A DNA stretch of 63,637 nt, the filler included, from Chrysochromulina tobinii (lineage: Eukaryota): assembly GCA_001275005.1 (NCBI GenBank). It is 10 parts of 10 records of this genome, joined end to end, with 100 filler letters (N's around TTAATTAATTAA, not from the genome) between each part and the next. Parts side by side here need not be neighbours in the genome. Positions count along the whole stretch, not along the records: positions 24,941 to 39,332 come from JWZX01000095.1; positions 39,433 to 43,551 come from JWZX01000096.1; 8 more parts are not named here. One strand, written 5' to 3'. Below are positions 31,439 to 40,926 of the stretch, in pieces; position 1 is the first letter of the stretch, and each line of letters opens with the position of its first letter. The position numbers and the translations under genes were made by a program. The notes under the pieces were generated by a model, which was not told the origin of the DNA, did no database searches, and saw only the letters and a list, made by a program, of their open reading frames with translations.

Positions 31439-34352
31439 CTACTCGTACACAATCACCGCCGGAGCGGAGGACGCTCGCGCCACCGCCGGCGGCCCAAGCA
31501 TGGGCCCAAGACCCTTTGTCAGGCCCTTCGTTACGATACCGTTACGGCCGGTGGCCAGAGCTCCTTCGGCGGATCGCGGACGCTCTCCCATGCGCTCTCC
31601 TTGCCTTGCGTTAGTGGCGGCGGAGTCCATGGCGCGGAGAGGTGGCCGTGATGCAGGGGCCGGCGCTACGGGTGCTGGGGCTGGCTCCGCCTCGGATGCC
31701 GTCGCTCTCGCTGTCGCAGACGCCGCTACCGCCGCTACCGCCGCACCACGCACACTGAGTGACATCGACCCCAGCGCCGCCGCGAGCACATCGTCGCTCT
31801 CGTGCGAAACCACTCCCGACGCCGTATTGGGCACGGCCTCCGCCTCCGCGAGCGCCGTCTCGGGCGCCGCGCGCGTCGTCGTCGTCGACCTCGTCGTCAG
31901 GCTATTCTTCGACAGCGAGCCGCTCTCCTCCGCCGCCTCGTCCGCCTCTGAGTCGGAGGAGGACGCGTATAGCGAATACAGATCCCTCATCGCCGCCCTG
32001 GCGGCCGCATCCCTGCTTGCCGCTAATGCTTTGGGATCCTTGCTTGCCCCCAATGCTGTGGGATTCTTGCTTGCCCCCAATGATGTGGGATCCTTGCTTG
32101 CCGCCGAGGCTGTGGGGTCCCTGCTTGCCGTCGATGCTGTGGGATTCTTGCTTGCCCCCAATGCTGTGGGATTCTTGCTTGCCGCCGAGGCTGTGGGATT
32201 CCTGGCTGTGGGATCCTGTCTTGCCGCCGAGGCTGTGGGATCCTTGCTTGACGTCGATGCTGTGGGATCCCGTGCCGGTCGCGCAGCTGGCCGCGCTGTC
32301 GACTGCTTGCTCGTCGGCTCCGTGGCGGCACTGGACAGTGCCGTGCACGACGCGGTGCATGATAAAGGCGGCGTCAGCTGCGACGGTTTCGTCAGCTGCG
32401 ACGGTTTCGTCAGCTGCGACGGTTTCGTCAGCTGCGACGGTTTCGTCAGCTGCGACGGTTTCGTCAGCTGCGACGGTTCCGTCAGCTGCGTCGGTTGCAG
32501 CCCTGGCGTCGTGGTTGTAGTTGTGGGCGGCATCGTGGACAGCGCCGTACCGGGCAGCGCCGTGCCGGGCAGCGTCGTGGCCATCCCCTTCGTCGACCGA
32601 GCAGACGGAAGCGCCATCGTGGGCGGTTCCTGCGGCCTCGTGCCCTTAGCCTTCGCCTTCGGAATCCGAAAGCGCTCCGACGACGAGGCGCCGTCCCGAG
32701 CGCTCCCACTCGGCGGCGGCATGGACGGCGCCGCCGCCGAAGCTGTTGCAGCCACCGCCGCCGCCGCCGCCGCCGTCTCGGGCACTTCCTCGTCGACCTC
32801 ACATCCCGGACACGTGTCAAGCCCATGATGAAAGAGGCAGCCGCACGTGCAACGGCGTAGCAACTTGCGCGTGCCGCCGCCGCCGCCGCCGCCGCCGCCG
32901 CCTCCGCCGCCGCCCGCGCGCCCCCCCGTCGCCGCGCGCGCCGCCACCGTCTCCTCCCACGTGTAGTCGGAACGGATCGGACCGGTAAGCGGCCCATGCG
33001 CCCACGAGGAGCCGACGAGATCGAGGACGACACAGCGCGTCTTATTGGGCGCCGAGCGCAGCCCTCTACCCAGCTGCTGCACATAGACGCGCGCCGAGTT
33101 GGTGTGACGCAGCAGCATTACACACGCCACCAGAGGCTCATCGAAGCCCTCGGAGAGGACATCGACGTTGCACAGGACCGAGAGCGCCTGCGAGTGCAGC
33201 CCGTGGAAGGCGCGCGCGCGTGCCTCGGCAGGCGTGTTCCCATCGACATGGGCGGCGCGCACGCCGCGAGCCTCGAACGCGCATGCAAGTGCTCGGGACG
33301 ACGCGACCGACGAGCAGAACGCGACGGTGCGCACCCGATGGGAATGCATGCACCAGCTGTCGACGGCCTGCTCGAGGAAGGCTGCTGCCGCGCGCTGCTG
33401 CGCCGCATCCCCCGCCGTACCTGATGAGCAACGCAATCAGGCAGACCATCAGAGGGCCATCACAGGGCCATCAGAGGGCCATCAGAGGGTCATCAGAGGG
33501 TCATCAGAGGGCCATCATCATGGGCGCATCCCCCGTCTTACGTGGCACGGCGGCGTCAGCGGCGTCGGCGTCGGCAGCGTCGCCATCGTCGCCATCAAAG
33601 TCGGCGGCTGCGGGCGGCTGCGGAGGCATGATCGTATGAGACGGGCCGTAGACGAGAGGAGGCACGAGTACGCGACGTGCGATGAGTTGCGAGACGGAAG
33701 GGCCCCACGCGGCGACTGGGAAGACGGACTTGAGGCTCGCACCGGGCGTCACGCGGAAGGGCGTCGCGGTCAGGCCGAGCACGCGCGCATCCCGCGGTAT
33801 CTCCGCCAGCAGCGCGAGGTAGGAAGGCGCAGCCGCCGCGTGACACTCGTCGATGACGGCGAGCGTGTACTGCGAGAGGGAGTGCGCCGCGCGGAAGCGC
33901 TCGTGCAGGCTCTGGACCATCGCGATGTGCACGCGCGCGCGATCGAGCTCGGAGTTCGAGCCGCCCTCGCCGCTGACGAGCGCAATTGTCGAGCATGCGA
34001 AGCCGAGCTCCACCAGCGCGTCACGTGTCTGCTCCAGAAGCGAGCGACGGTTGACGACGAAGAGGCAGCGAGCGGCCGTCGACCGTTGCAAGGCCTCGGA
34101 AATTGCCGCCGCGCCCACACGCGTCTTTCCTCCTCCGGTCGGCAGGTATGCGAGCACCGCGCGCTCTCCTCCCTTGAAGAGGGTGGCGCAGTCGGCCAGC
34201 AGCGCGGCCTGGTAGTCGCGGAGCGGGACTTTGATGGGCACTGTCTCTTCTTTGGTGGGCAGGGCGAGGCTCAGGGAGTTGAGGGCGTCCGTGAGATCAT
34301 CTGACGACGCAGATGGAGCCGCCTTGGCCTCGCGGCGACCGGGGATGGCCAT
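31439..34352 (-). CDS. SF2 DExH helicase (ResIII/Irc3/RadD-like) with Cys cluster and repetitive tail; intron 33421-33541
   Basis: LRDYQ, LPTGGGKT, DECH, LGLTATPFR, VLSEGFDEP, YVQQLGRGLR, CTC..CPGC. Splicing joins VP-R-TAGDAA. Confidence 0.9.
32373..32498. repeat. Coding minisatellite, seven 18-bp units (KPSQLT); 27-bp units (KDPTASAAS) at about 32015-32270
   Basis: GTCAGCTGCGACGGTTTC tandem copies. Confidence 0.9.
33421..33541 (-). other. Spliceosomal intron with 11-bp (GRCCCTCTGAT) tandem repeats
   Basis: Minus-strand GTAAG donor and TCATCAG acceptor; splicing restores the helicase frame. Confidence 0.85.
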
Positions 34353-34523
34353 CTTAGGAGTCCCTCTCGTGTTCGAATCGACGAGTTTGCAAAATGAAAC
34401 GCGAAGGCACGAAAAGGCACCTCTGTCATGGACCAAGGGGGAGACGTCACGACACGCGCGCTTCACAGATTGCGTTCTCACTCACGCGCTCCCCGAAGGC
34501 GGCTGTTGCGGCTGGGGAGGGCC

Positions 34524-35630
34524 ATGGCCGCCAAGTTCGAGAAGCTCAAGCTTCCCTCCTACGGGCAGATGGGGCCCGTCGCATTTCCTGCCAGCGACGC
34601 GCAGATCGCGACGGGCGACGCAAGGCGTGTGCTCCTTTTTGGCGGCCAACGGTCGGGCATCAGCGGCGCGATGTACTCGTTCGAGCAGACGTCGGGCGAG
34701 GGCTTTGTGGCAATGGCTGAGCAAGCGGAGGGTGAAAAGGGCCCGCCGCCCGCGCCGCGGACGCAGGCCTCCCTCACCTCTATCGCTGAAGAAGACAAGC
34801 AAACGACACTCATCCTCTTTGGTGGATTTGCGCTCAACATTGGCTGCGTCAACGACGCGTGGAAGTGCGTGGTCGAGATCGACCCCGTGACCACGTTTCC
34901 GGTGCCCAGATGGACGAAGCTGGAGTGCTCCGGCACGACGCCCTCCCCACGCTACGGTCACTCGGCCACGTACCTCGGCACGAAGAAGGACAAAATTGCC
35001 ATCTTTGGCGGGATGGACACGCTGCAGCAGTACGACGACCTGTTCATCTTGTCTCACGACCCGGCGGGCTGGTCGCGACCGGCCTGCAAGGGTCCGGCAC
35101 CCTCGCCCCGCGTGAAGCATTCGGCGACAATGCTCGGCGCGAGCGGCATCATCCTCTTCTTCGGCGGCTTCAACAAGGCCGACCGCGTGATGAGTGACGC
35201 GTACAAGCTCGAGATGGGTGCCGATTGCTCCTCCGCCACGTGGGCCAAGGTTCAGATGGAGGCGCCAGTGGGCTCCAAGTCGATCACGGCGCGCGCGCAG
35301 CACGCGGCCGCGTGCACAAAGGACGGCCGGTACGTCTTCATCTTCGGCGGCTACGACGGCTTCAAATCGCTCAACGACTTTTGGTTGCTCGACGCCACCA
35401 CGTATGCCCTCCGCGACCTTGCGGTCGAGGCTCCGGTCCCCGAGGCACGAAGCCGACACTCGATGCATTTCGTGGGCTCCCTGCTGCACATCTTTGGGGG
35501 CTTTGACGGCTCGAAGCCCATCGGCGGCGACGTGTACACCCTTGACTGCTCAGATCCAGGGGCGATGGAGAGTGCCGGCGGCGGTGATAAGAAGAAGGAG
35601 GCTGCCAAGGAAGAAGACGACGAGGCCTAG
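34524..35630 (+). CDS. Kelch-repeat beta-propeller protein
   Basis: Repeated PSPRYGHSA / LFGG / ND.W kelch motifs; divergent from the helicase start 171 bp away. Confidence 0.9.
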   Translation: MAAKFEKLKLPSYGQMGPVAFPASDAQIATGDARRVLLFGGQRSGISGAMYSFEQTSGEGFVAMAEQAEGEKGPPPAPRTQASLTSIAEEDKQTTLILFGGFALNIGCVNDAWKCVVEIDPVTTFPVPRWTKLECSGTTPSPRYGHSATYLGTKKDKIAIFGGMDTLQQYDDLFILSHDPAGWSRPACKGPAPSPRVKHSATMLGASGIILFFGGFNKADRVMSDAYKLEMGADCSSATWAKVQMEAPVGSKSITARAQHAAACTKDGRYVFIFGGYDGFKSLNDFWLLDATTYALRDLAVEAPVPEARSRHSMHFVGSLLHIFGGFDGSKPIGGDVYTLDCSDPGAMESAGGGDKKKEAAKEEDDEA

Positions 35631-36464
35631 GCGCGACTGCGGCGGCGGCACACGCGCGCGGCCGTGGGGCCAGATGCACGCTGGCTCAGAGGCGTACGCT
35701 CTCTAATGGAACATGTGGGGCGATGCGGCAGCTTTACACGTGTAGCCCGAAAGCCGTCAATTCCGCAAGGTGTTCACGCTCGGGAACTACGATCGTCCAC
35801 GTGGCGACGGTGCCCCCCGCTTCGCCGACGCATCTTATCGGTCCCTGATAGTTACTCACACTGCTGGGCTGTCGAACACTGTTGGAAGAGTGATGTGTTT
35901 CATGTTTGTGTGAGCTGTGGAACCGGACCAGTCACCCCACCCATAAGATGCGCCAAAACGCCGCGGATCGTGCCGCGGCTTCCGGGTTCCGCGTTCCCCA
36001 TGGCGTTCCCGCGGTTCCGGTCCGCAACGGCGTCCGGCTTGGCGCTTGCGGCGCGTTATATGAACTCATAACACACACGCTTTGTACGGTCGACGACGAC
36101 GTCCGGTCCGGCCATGCGTCCGGCACGGACGCGGCCTCGCCTACACGCTTCGCACGGGTACCCTACAGTAACCTACACTCACCTACTAACAGCTGTACAG
36201 TCACTCCCAGCCTTTATCCCCGGGGTGCCCCGCCCGGTCAAGCAAGTGTTCCAATCGTTCGCCGATCGACGTACGCCATGTCTCGAGTGCTGCCTGTTGA
36301 CCATTCAGAAGTTGTAACTCCCTTGGTTGCGTGCTTTCTCCTCAGCTCTTGTTGATCACTCACGCACATGATCTTCCAGCTTCTCCCCTCCCTCTAGCCC
36401 TCGCCCGGCCTGCCTGGCCTCGCCGGAGCCCTAGGCCTCATCAGTCACTTGGACCTGATGCGGC

Positions 36465-37835
36465 CTAGGCGTTTGGGCCTCGGGTCTTGACGTCGAACTG
36501 CGGCTTGCCGTCGGTGAGGCAGACGCCTTGCGCGCATTTGAGATGGAATGAGTATACCAGCAGCCCGAGCGGCACGAGCAGCAGCAGCAGCACCAGATAC
36601 CGAAGCTCGTCACCGCTGCCGTCGTCGATTACACGCACGGTCGGCGGAGTCTCGATCGACAAGACGCGCACCTGTAGCCCTTGAGTGCGAAAGAAGGACG
36701 AGGCTGCGCCCGGGGTGCCAATGTCGGGCGAGAGGGCGTTGGCCACGTTGGTGGCATGCGCACTCGAGGCGGTCGCGACCGTTACGGTCAGACGGATAGT
36801 TACGGCGTCGTAGTGGTGCATTCGACCCTCTCGCTGCCAGTTGACTGTCACCGCCGAGGTGCTCACATCCGCCGCCTGTGCGACCCCGGAGGCGATGAGA
36901 GCACTGGCGTATCCGGTGGTGTCCCAGATGGCGGACACAACCGCAAGCAGCTCAATCATCACCTCGTAAGATCGCATCCGGAGGTGCGCGTAACACTCGG
37001 CCGCGCTGTTGCTTCGCTCCAGCGTGTACTGCTCCGCATAGCAGAGCGTGATGTTCGTACCCTCGGCTCGGCAATAGAAGCCCCTGACGCTCGTCGCCGT
37101 GGTCGCGACGAACAAGTCCGATCCCTTGCCCGTCTCGTCGTACCACACCGCCAGAGCAAGGCCGCGTCCCGTCTCCGTAGCGAGGGCACTGCCGTCGTAT
37201 GAGCCGTGAAGAAGAGGGCACGAAGGCGGCAGGTTGTCAGCGGCGCACTCCGTGGCCGACCTCTCATACGTGAACGAGCCGACGATGCCGTTGCTCGCCG
37301 TGCAGATGTTGGTCACGCCCTGCGCGCCTTGCCACAGATGGTCCAGCAGGGCACTCTTCGAGACGGCAGCCTCGCCGGCAACCCACAAGCAGATGCTCTC
37401 GGTGTTGGACGCTTCAGCGAAAGTTGGCGTGCCATCCGAGAGGGACGTCGGCCAGAGAGCACACTGCGCGTCAACGCAGTTGCTGATGCTCACCGCTGTC
37501 GCCGCCTGGAAGTTGCTCGAGAACTGAACCGTCATCGTACCGGTGATGGGCGCGCCAGTGAAGGCGTTGACCGCGTAGAGCGCAAAGGTCGCCGTGCGGT
37601 TCGCATTGACCGGACCCTGAAAGTACCAGTAAGACTGCGCGGTGCCGTGCGCGTAGGTGGGCTGCCCATTGCTTCCGACGGTGAAGCAGAAGAATGCGTA
37701 GGACCTGTGGTCTGTAGCGCCCGGCGCAAAGAGTGTCTTGAGCGGCGAGTTGGGAATCGTGAGGCGCATTGTGAGCGCAGAGGCCTGACGAACACTGAAC
37801 GTTAGGATCGCTAACAAAGCGCGCGTCGACATCAT
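36465..37835 (-). CDS. Type I membrane protein of unknown function
   Basis: Signal peptide MMSTRALLAILTFSVRQASA; Cys-containing ectodomain; TM YLVLLLLLVPLGLLVY. Confidence 0.75.
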   Translation of the reverse strand: MMSTRALLAILTFSVRQASALTMRLTIPNSPLKTLFAPGATDHRSYAFFCFTVGSNGQPTYAHGTAQSYWYFQGPVNANRTATFALYAVNAFTGAPITGTMTVQFSSNFQAATAVSISNCVDAQCALWPTSLSDGTPTFAEASNTESICLWVAGEAAVSKSALLDHLWQGAQGVTNICTASNGIVGSFTYERSATECAADNLPPSCPLLHGSYDGSALATETGRGLALAVWYDETGKGSDLFVATTATSVRGFYCRAEGTNITLCYAEQYTLERSNSAAECYAHLRMRSYEVMIELLAVVSAIWDTTGYASALIASGVAQAADVSTSAVTVNWQREGRMHHYDAVTIRLTVTVATASSAHATNVANALSPDIGTPGAASSFFRTQGLQVRVLSIETPPTVRVIDDGSGDELRYLVLLLLLVPLGLLVYSFHLKCAQGVCLTDGKPQFDVKTRGPNA

Positions 37836-37897
37836 GGTCGCCAACCCCGTCGGCGTCGAAAACGTGAACGCGAACGTCACGCGCCGGCGGCGTTCGG

Positions 37898-37920
37898 TCT
37901 CAACATTTTGGTATCAGAGC
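37898..37920 (+). mobile_element. Possible LTR end plus tRNA-iMet primer-binding-site remnant
   Basis: TCTCAACA-TTT-TGGTATCAGAGC; no gag/pol visible downstream. Confidence 0.4.
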
Positions 37921-38195
37921 GGGGTACTTATGGAGATTGCCTCGTTGCTTCTATTCTAGTCCTGTTTCGTTGATGATCGAATCTAATGTTAATTGAGCGA
38001 GAATCATTAGGGGTCAAAATTGGAGATTATTTTCCAACTTCGCGTCTCTCAAGAGCGGGGGTGCTCCAGAACATCACGTTTCCCTCCCTTTACATCGCAC
38101 CGTCGCGAGTAGTGTGCCGGGACTGCGCTCTGCGCAGACTGCAGTCGCCCCGGTCCGCGGCTTCGTACCTTTCGAGCGGACTTGCGTGTTGCGTC

Positions 38196-39258
38196 TCACT
38201 CGGACTCTATGGAGCGATTGGTGGCCTTGAGCTGATCAATCTGGCGGCGCAGCGAGGCGCTGTCCTGGACGCTGTCGCCCTGGATCATCTTGAGGATGCG
38301 TCGCTGCGCGTGCCGGAGCTCCGCCTTGAAAGGCTCCCGGCCGCAGCTGTGAATACGTGCCCAACACGACGCGTTTGGCCACCCTCGCCTTGAAAGGCTC
38401 CCGGCCGCGCGACGAGAGCCGCGCACGCGCGCTCGTGGGCACGTAACCGTTGGGACGGCGTGAGGGGTGAAGCAGCGAGGCGCTCAGGAATGCCGGCAGC
38501 GCCAGCCCGTCAGGCAGGGGCGATGTCTCGGACACTGGGTGTGGCACGCCGCTCGGCACTCGGCCTACGACGACGCCAACGCCAACGCATGCAGCCTCGG
38601 GAGCAGCATGCTCGCCCACGACGGCGCTCGGTGTTGCCGCGGGCGGCGGCGTGCGCGTAGCTGCCCCCTCCGCCGCCAGCGCCGTTGTGGGCGAGATGAC
38701 GCACGCTAGCGCCGTTGTGGGCACCATGACGCTCGCCAGCGCCGTTGTGGGCGCCAAGACGGCGACGGGCGCCTCCGCCGTCGCCGCCGCCGCCGACGCA
38801 TGCGCTCCCGAGGAGGCCGGCGATGGCAGCTCTGGAGGCGCTGTTGGTGTCCATGGCGGCCATTGCAAGGGTGGGGGAGCGGGTGCGCTCGCCACGACGC
38901 GCCCGGCGCCGTTGTGGGCGGCCTCGTCCGGGTGCGCCCACGACGGCGCTGGTCGGCGCCCGTTGGCATTGGCGGGCGAGGGCGAGGCCAGCAGCGCAAG
39001 CGCCTCGGCAAAAGGGAGGCCCTCCAACTGCACGTACGGCAGGGGCGCCGTCGTGGGCGCCCGGTGCAGCGCCCAGGGCGGGCGCGCCTCCTCGGCCGCG
39101 GGGGACTCGGGCGACAGGACGATGGGTGGCTGGCTGGGCGTCGTCGTGGGCGGCCAGCGAGGCGTCGTCGTGGGGGGCCAGGAAGGCGTCATCGTGGGCG
39201 AGGGTGGTTCGGTTGGCACCGGAGGCGACGCCACGAGCGAGTCGCGTGCGGCGGCAGA

Positions 39259-39290
<32 letters not shown>

Positions 39291-39332
39291 GGGCGGGGGC
39301 TGAGATGGCGGCGGCGGCGGTGGCGGCGGCGG
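38196..39332 (-). CDS. Pro/Ala-rich hypothetical protein (5'-partial), probable GC-AG intron 38325-38388
   Basis: Long ORF; splicing gives GREPFK|AELRHAQRRILKMIQ, a coiled-coil-like ending. Confidence 0.5.
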
Positions 39333-40012
39333 NNNNNNNNNNNNNNNNNNNNNNNNNNNNNNNNNNNNNNNNNNNNTTAATTAATTAANNNNNNNNNNNN
39401 NNNNNNNNNNNNNNNNNNNNNNNNNNNNNNNNCCGAACCCCGGCCGCACAGATCAGAAAGCTCGGGTATCGACATGCCGCGGATGCGCTCGTCCAGCGGC
39501 TTGCCAAAGTCCTCGCGGCACCTCTTGGGCTCCTTGCACTTGAGGATGCGCATCCGCATCATGACCTCCAGGCGGGCGCGTACCGTCTTGAGCACCTGTT
39601 CGATGTCGATCTGCATGTTGGCATCAGAGCCCAGAGCATCGACCGTGTCCGAGACTCCGGGGTTGATGGGGCCGGCTGGTGCTTGCGCAACTAGGAAACG
39701 GGTCGTGATGCGCGTGGTGCGCAGGGCAGAGCTTGGGACGGTGCATCCACTCGGGTTACCTGCTGGCGAGCCCGCGGCAGTAGCCAATAGAGCTTTTTCG
39801 TCGGGTGGCCTGGCCTTGATGGCAAGGTGGTGATCGGCTTGTCTAGTGCTGTTGCTCAACGTGCCTCGTGGGACGGGTCGACCATCAATGCGGCTTGCAA
39901 ACTCCATGGCTATGGACTCTGCTTTCCGCGCTCGGCTTCCCTCGTGCGGCGCGGGGTATGGCGCGATTTGTTCTCTGGCCAGCAGGGTCCGCTGTGCCTC
40001 ATTCATATGAAA

Positions 40013-40564
40013 TCCAGATTTGGGTAGCAAGGTGCGTTTTCCTGCATGCATTCGGCGCATGAATCCATGAAACCAAGGTTAGCGCGTCAACGGCTACGTG
40101 AATCGTGATATCTTTGTCAACTACTACGCGCGCGCGCATGGGCGGCTGTGGCGTGGGGGCGCCCCGAGGGGTGGGGAGCGGTGATCGATGGTAATTAGAT
40201 CGGCAGTCCACGTCTTTCGTGTATGAAAAGTAATGAAAACAACTGAAGATGACTTCATCTCAAGAGCTCTTATCTCAGCGGGGCCCATGGACGCTTCGTT
40301 GGTCGCGCGCGGCTTGAGGCCTTTGTCGCCCTCGGACTCACTGGACTCTGCTCTATGCGGACACTTTCGCGGAGAGCAGCCATGGGCGCGATGAGTTTGC
40401 GACCTGGCGTCGGTCGATTATCAATTCCAGATTTGGACAGTAACACAGTTGTGTTTTCCTGCATGCATCCGCGCTTGATACCAAGGGCTACTTGAAACGT
40501 GATATCTTTGTCAACATTTTACATGTACCCCTCTAGGTGCGCGCGCGCGCATTGGCGGCTGTGG
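40013..40564. repeat. Two degenerate ~140-bp direct repeats
   Basis: Shared blocks TCCAGATTTGG, GTTTTCCTGCATGCAT, CGTGATATCTTTGTCAAC and GCGCGCGCAT.GGCGGCTGTGG at 40013-40151 and 40426-40564. Confidence 0.75.
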
Positions 40565-40926
40565 TGGCGCTTTTGTCCATGGGGCGGCTGTGGGGACGCC
40601 CGGCACCCATACCCAGGCACCCAGCTGCTGCACGCGTTAGAGCGAAAGGCCCCATCCACACTCGCTACGTTTTCGTTGCGTTGTTTTGAAAGTTCCCCGC
40701 GTTACGTTGTCATATTAGCAGTTGTCGAAACTGTCGGACATTTGAAGCTCTTCCGTGACGAAACGGATTATCGTGACGAAACGGAATGCACCGAGACTCT
40801 GGGAATTCAGAAAAAAGTTTGGACGAAACGGATTACCGTGACGAAACGGATTGCAACGAGAATCTGGGTGGTCAGAAAAAATTTGGTGCAAAAACGAAAT
40901 TCCGATACCTAATCCGATCAAGACCG

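Noticed and set aside
39433..40060. 227-aa minus-strand ORF
   Set aside because: No motif, truncated by a spacer, and its start overlaps a repeat.
40755..40885. CRISPR-like repeat-spacer pattern
   Set aside because: Only an 11-bp motif, and the intervening sequences are themselves duplicated.
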